A stretch of DNA of 64,000 nucleotides, taken from NCBI GenBank assembly GCA_964016885.1, contig OZ024748.1, positions 4,836,001 through 4,900,000 of the forward strand, written 5' to 3'. A model generated the notes under the pieces. It was not told where the DNA came from. It saw only the letters and a program-made list of their open reading frames with translations, and did no database searches. This document shows, piece after piece, positions 57,338 through 64,000 of this stretch; the stretch's first letter is position 1; each line of letters begins with the position of its first letter. The stretch is from Eledone cirrhosa. Taxonomy: Eukaryota. Made by a program: the position numbers and the translations under genes.

Positions 57338-57635
57338 AAACGGTAATAAAACGACTAACAACAAACAATTAGTAAAGTCAGCAAAACAACATCGAAGGAA
57401 AAACCAAGAAGCCAATAAGTCGGCAGGTTTTGTTTCCAGACGGAAGCTAGACTTTTTATTTTTTTTATTGTTTAATATGGCTGCACTTTGACATGAAATT
57501 CTTGTCAACATTTAACATTATTCACCTTTGTTTTGTGCTCGGGTTGGACTTTTTTCACTTCTCTTTGATTTAGTAATTGATGCTCTTGTAAATATTGTTG
57601 TTGTTGTTGTTGTTTGTACTGGGGCTACGATTAGT

Positions 57636-57682
<47 letters not shown>

Positions 57683-57839
57683 TGTGTTTGTGTGTGTGTG
57701 TGTATGTGCGTGCGTGCGTGTGTGTGTGTGTGGGGGGGGGGATTAATATATTTAAGGAACCTATATACACGTATCTCTTTTTTTGTTGTCGCAATTAATT
57801 GTGTGAAGGCATTAAATTTGAATGCATTAACTATATATA

Positions 57840-57895
<56 letters not shown>

Positions 57896-58024
57896 TCTCT
57901 ATATATAAATATATACATATCTCTCTCTCTCTATATATATATATGTGTGTATACGCGTGTATATATATAAATATACATAGATATATATACATATCTATAT
58001 ATGTGTGTATACGCGTATATATAA

Positions 58025-58056
<32 letters not shown>

Positions 58057-58060
58057 TTAC

Positions 58061-58092
<32 letters not shown>

Positions 58093-58612
58093 TTAAATAT
58101 ATATATATATATATATATATATAACAGACATACGATAATATAACTGTTTTTTGTTTTTGCTTTATCTATGTTGATCTGTCTCCTTGCAATGTTCCTTTTT
58201 GTGCAATTTCCCTCCCTCTACGGCACCTCTCTAGCCACAATACACCACTCACGCCTTTATCACCTAGACACCAACCAGACCCGCAATTGTAGTTTACGAG
58301 ACCTTTTGACGTATCAGATGTTGACAGTAGTCGGACGCTGATTAGCAACTGTATAAATAAAAGAAACATAAAAATCCGCGCTATTTTATTTATTGACTTA
58401 TTTGGCACCGGGTTGAGAGTGTAAATTAAATTTAATTCAGGGGGTATATAATCACTCCCCCTTTTTTATGTTGTGAAGTGTTAAGTTCAGAAGATCCTTG
58501 TTTTATAGACCTGGGTATTCTATCACAGTATATAAAACACGACTTTTATTCACATTCTAGGGACGTTATTTTAGTGTTGATTATATTATATTATATTATA
58601 TTATATTATATA

Positions 58613-58916
58613 TAGAGTTACGGCCCTTGCCATTCTGCGTTCAAATCCCGCTGCCTTTCATCCTTACGTGGTCGATAAAATAAAGTACCAGTAATGCAGT
58701 GGGTGATTGCTGGCCATGTGCCCAAAGTAGAAACAATTATATATATTATATTAGGGCGGTAGATTGGAAATATCGGTAAATATGCAGCATGGAGCTATGG
58801 CCCTTTATGGTCTGAGTTCAAATCCCGCCGAGGTTAACTTTGCCTTTCATCCTTACGGGGTCGACAACATAAAGTATGTGTGAAGGCATTAAATTTGAAT
58901 GCATTAACTATATATA

Positions 58917-58986
<70 letters not shown>

Positions 58987-59256
58987 TATATATAATTATA
59001 TATACACTGGGATAATTGCTGGCCTTTTGCCAAAAGTAGAAACGATTATATATATTATATTAGGGTGGTGGATTGGTAGTATCGGTAGAGGGTCGGACGC
59101 CATGCTTTGCAGCATGGAGGTACGGCCCTTTATGGTCTGAATTCAAATCCAGCACCGAGGTTAACTTTGCCTTTCATCTTTACGGGGTCGATAAATAAAG
59201 CACCAGTAATGCACTGGGGTAATTGCTGCCCTTGTGCCAAATGTAGAAACAATTAT
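58613..59256 (+). mobile_element. Three tandem S1 SINE copies; the middle one is interrupted
   Basis: The conserved body occurs three times; the middle copy is split at 58877-59001. Confidence 0.85.
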
Positions 59257-59592
59257 ATATGTTGTATTTTTTATATTATATTATATTGTCTATCATTATT
59301 TGGTTTTAGATATAGGTGGTGTTATACTTATTGCACCATAACCGATAATAGTTGATTGAGCATGATAAACATAGCCGCAGTTAAGACCTTGTATTTTGTA
59401 TACACCATAATAATTCATTCCTGTTGTTAGCCATTTATCAAATTGTATATATGTATATGATTTTTGTGAATACCAGGTAGTAATGTAGCAAATACAAACG
59501 TTCTTGTATAATTTCATTTTGTGTTATAATAAATAAAACATTAACTTATCGTTTATTAAAAACCCATTCTTTAATGTACCACAATATATTGT

Positions 59593-59880
59593 ACAGGGTT
59601 CCCCCCGAAAGATTGACATTATTCGTAGCCTAATAACATAGCCAATTCTCACTCAAATGATCTCAAAATTTAACAGAATGTGTAAAAACTAATCAAGTTT
59701 AATATTAAATTGCTTTCTGTTTTTCAGTTTGAAGAATGAGCTTCACTAGAAATGAAAAGGCATTTTGTGTGTTTGTATATCCTCCCTGAAATGCATAGAC
59801 GGTTGTCCCCCTTGCTTCTGCTGGACACCACCAGAGGGCGTATCTCAAATGATGGCAAATGTTTGGGACACCCTCTCTCT
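59593..59880. mobile_element. Possible old Tc1/mariner-type MITE
   Basis: Ends TAcagggttcccc and tttgggacaccct resemble the TIR at 31905-31923. Confidence 0.35.
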
Positions 59881-60120
59881 ATATACAAGACTGTATATAT
59901 CACAACCTTATCCAATATAGACGCAGCATATCAGAATGGTGAAAGCGGTCGCTTCAGAATAATGAGATTGCCCGATCATGCTCATTGTGGGGCAACTTTT
60001 AATGTCCAGTAAAATTGATTAGACGGAAACTGTTGGGAAGAGCATTGGTGTACCAGATATTCATAAGTAAAACCTTGACACACACATTTTTACGTTAACT
60101 ATCTAGTACAAATAAATATT

Positions 60121-60300
60121 TCTTCTTCCAGCGGGTCCTGTCAGAAGCAACCATCTCCAACTGATCCAGCTGGATCCCCAATCATGACCAGCCAAGCTCA
60201 TGGATGTTATCAAACCGTCTTGCTCTAGGTCTACCCCTGGGTCTTCTGCTGCCGGTTGGTTTTGCCCGTAGAAATCTGGCCAATGATTCTTTCCAGGAAC
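60121..60300 (-). pseudogene. RTE-type LINE ORF C-terminal fragment
   Basis: The minus frame reads ESLARFLRAKPTGSRRPRGRPRARRFDNIHELGWS*LGIQLDQLEMVASDRTRWKK (RPRGRP...A.DR..W motif). Confidence 0.75.
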
Positions 60301-60303
60301 TGG

Positions 60304-60436
60304 TGCAGTAATAATTGTTTCTACTTTTAACACAAGGCCAGCAATTATCCCAGTGTATTACTGGTTCTTTATTTTATCGACCCCGTTTATCGACCCCGTT
60401 TATCGACCCCGTTTTATCGACTGCTGCAGTAATAAT
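60304..60436 (-). mobile_element. 5'-truncated S1 SINE with a 12-bp target-site duplication
   Basis: tgcagtaataat at 60304-60315 and 60425-60436; internal tttatcgaccccg is repeated in tandem. Confidence 0.75.
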
Positions 60437-61104
60437 GCTCCAGCTTCAGCATCCAGTAGCCAGAAGAAAGGAGGTAGGTGTAAAAGCCTAAATAAATATA
60501 TATTTGTGTAAATTAGGTTTTTTTTTGTCCTGGTTATTGTGAGTGAAGGATCCCATGTTTTATTCTGTCTTGGGGGAATAGAGAACTGGAGAAACCAGGA
60601 GAGATAACTCTACAGGAAAGGTTGTGTACAGCAAGCAAATATTTAATTAGAATCATTCAGAAGTAGAACAGTAGAGCAAACACATATAATTGAAACATTG
60701 CCTTGTCTCTCACGATAAAAAAGAGCGAATTCCGGCATGTGTAAACAAAAAACAAACAAAAATAGTACCAATAAAATAAATAAATGTTTGAACAGGTTGA
60801 CAGAGACTTTGAGAGTAGAATGAAAAGGATTAATGGTATGAATAGTGATAACAAATTGAGAGTAAGTGATCTAAAGCTACACCACATCCGGCTGTGGATT
60901 ACTACACAAGTACTAAACAGAAGAGCAATTTCCGTGTTAGTAAAAACGTCATCAATGGAAAGTGTTATCGTGAAATATATCGATATCAGCAGTGATTGGT
61001 TGTTGGTATACAAGGTTGCGGTACAATAAAACGCATAACTTCTGATTAAGATCAAGCAAATTAATATAAATCGATTTTAATGGACGCAATGCAACATCTA
61101 TCTA

Positions 61105-61134
<30 letters not shown>

Positions 61135-61136
<2 letters not shown>

Positions 61137-61314
61137 GGAAGATAATCAGGACACCGACGGCTGAGTTCCGGCCGTTTCGGATCTAGCCGCCGAAACGGCC
61201 GGAGCTCAGCCGTCGGGGTCCTGACTCTTTTCCTATTACCCACTCTACTAACCCAAGTATCGAGTACTCTGGTGCGTTATGGTCCACCTGGTTCCTTACC
61301 CCACTTTCTTTGTT
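61135..61314 (+). mobile_element. Family D palindromic element with tail, in (TA)n
   Basis: tcaggacaccgacggctgagttccggccgtttcgg-atctagccg-ccgaaacggccggagctcagccgtcggggtcctga plus the conserved tail. Confidence 0.85.
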
Positions 61315-61326
61315 ATATATATATAT

Positions 61327-61488
61327 ATGAGTTCCGGGTTCAATTGGAGTTAACCACATTAAATGACGTACACAATACATTAGTAGAGGGTAAACAACAC
61401 GTTTGATATAGAATTGGGTTCCACAGGACTAGAACTGTTTCCTGGTGATTTCTTTTGATTGAAACAGTTCTGGTCTTGTAAAAGCCAT
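61327..61488 (-). mobile_element. Family C element, diverged, in (TA)n
   Basis: The tail is the reverse complement of 55960-56020; arms acaggactagaactgtttc / gaaacagttctggtcttgt. Confidence 0.75.
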
Positions 61489-61646
61489 ATATATATATAT
61501 ATAATCATATTATAAGGTATCTATTTTTGAAGTTCTAGTTAACTTTATTTAGTTACCTACCTAGCTACGTGTGATTACACACTTGTAAAAATTATCCCCT
61601 GTGATTATTTCATATGTTTATTTATATGTTAATCAATTTCTAGTTG

Positions 61647-62673
<1,027 letters not shown>

Positions 62674-63181
62674 CACGAAATAGAACATTTAAAATCGTTG
62701 TACTACCCACGGCAACAGTGTGAACGCAGGCAAACAACAACAACAAAAAACAAAGAGGAGAACAAAATTGAAATAACTCAAACAATTAACATGAACAACA
62801 ACAACAACAACAACCATAGAAGGCTTACTAAATTATAACTAACAACATATATAAACCATAGCCACAAGAGCATCTAAGACATAAACATCAACGGAAAGAA
62901 CAAAAAAAATACCCCACCAAAACAACACGTATACATAATAACACTGTTTGGTGTCTAATTCAACAAAACCGCAACGTCGAAGAAATAACAGCCCTGTCAT
63001 AGTTTTATGTTGTTTATGTGGCCGCCATTTTGATCTAGCAACGTGTTTTCGCATTTGTCCGCCATTAAAAGTGTCAATGGACGATCAGGGCTACAGTTTA
63101 TGTCTCTGTCAACACGCTGACCCACACCTACATAAATATACACATACATACACACAACGGCGTATACATAAATACATACAT

Positions 63182-63220
<39 letters not shown>

Positions 63221-64000
63221 GTGGAATAGTGTAATAAACATACATCACATACACGTGTTTAGCAATTCAGAGTTATACAAACATAGTTACATGCATGCCC
63301 TTACAAGCCCACTATCATGTATGAGGGACTAAAGACTATCTTGTTTTCTTCAACCCTATATATTAATAGCACCAAACCCACCACCACCATAATCACCACC
63401 ACCACCACCACTATCAATATTAACCAAACACAAAACTCTACCGGGTCTCTGTTTTAAATGTATGATGGCAGATTTGTTTCCAATTATATATACTTTTGTG
63501 TAAAACAGAATTACCCATAAATTCTGTGGTTTAATATTATTCATGGCTAAATTTGGCAGTCATTAGAGACTTGAATAAAAAAAAAACTTCAGTTATTATT
63601 TCACCTCTTTACATAGTGACTTGAATTCCCACCATGATCAGCTGTTTTTTGTTTTTAAGAAATCGTCGGAGAGAAGATTTGTTTATGGAACGAAACAGCG
63701 TTAGTTTTGTAAGAGTCAATTTTTTAATAATATCACACTACACTTCCAGTTTTATTGTATTCTCATCATCTGTGAGAATGCTGATAGGCTATATATATAT
63801 AGCAAACAAAGCAGATAGCCGGTGCTAATCCATATTACCATCATACGAGACCTGGATAATATCATTGACGAAATATTGTCAACAGAAATGTATAACCAAC
63901 AACCATGTCGCTCAGGTTTACGAGCTTAAAAATAATATATATATATATATATTAGGGTAGACAATGAACTTAAGGGGGATAAAAAATGAAAGTTGACATA

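Overview
This is AT-rich, microsatellite-saturated animal non-coding DNA. The SINE motifs resemble those I recall from coleoid cephalopods (Octopus); that attribution is an inference. No convincing intact protein-coding gene is present, and nearly all ORF-track entries are translations of (TA)n, (CA)n or trinucleotide repeats. Recognisable content: more than 20 copies of a tRNA-head SINE, two or three other SINE families, RTE-type LINE fragments (one with a twin-priming-like inversion), small Tc1/mariner-type MITEs, a Helitron-like 3' end and several minisatellites. The main hidden signal is a set of short elements embedded in (TA)n tracts. Several form long near-perfect palindromes, and several carry type I hammerhead ribozyme folds (stem I-CUGANGA-stem II-GAAA-stem III-UH-stem I). 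Six motifs have intact cores and several more are degenerate or half motifs. At least four sequence families share a downstream ACTC...TTGAGTRC hairpin. These look like non-autonomous Penelope-like pLTR or retrozyme-type elements that favour TA microsatellites. All alignments and folds were done by eye, so coordinates may be off by a few bases.
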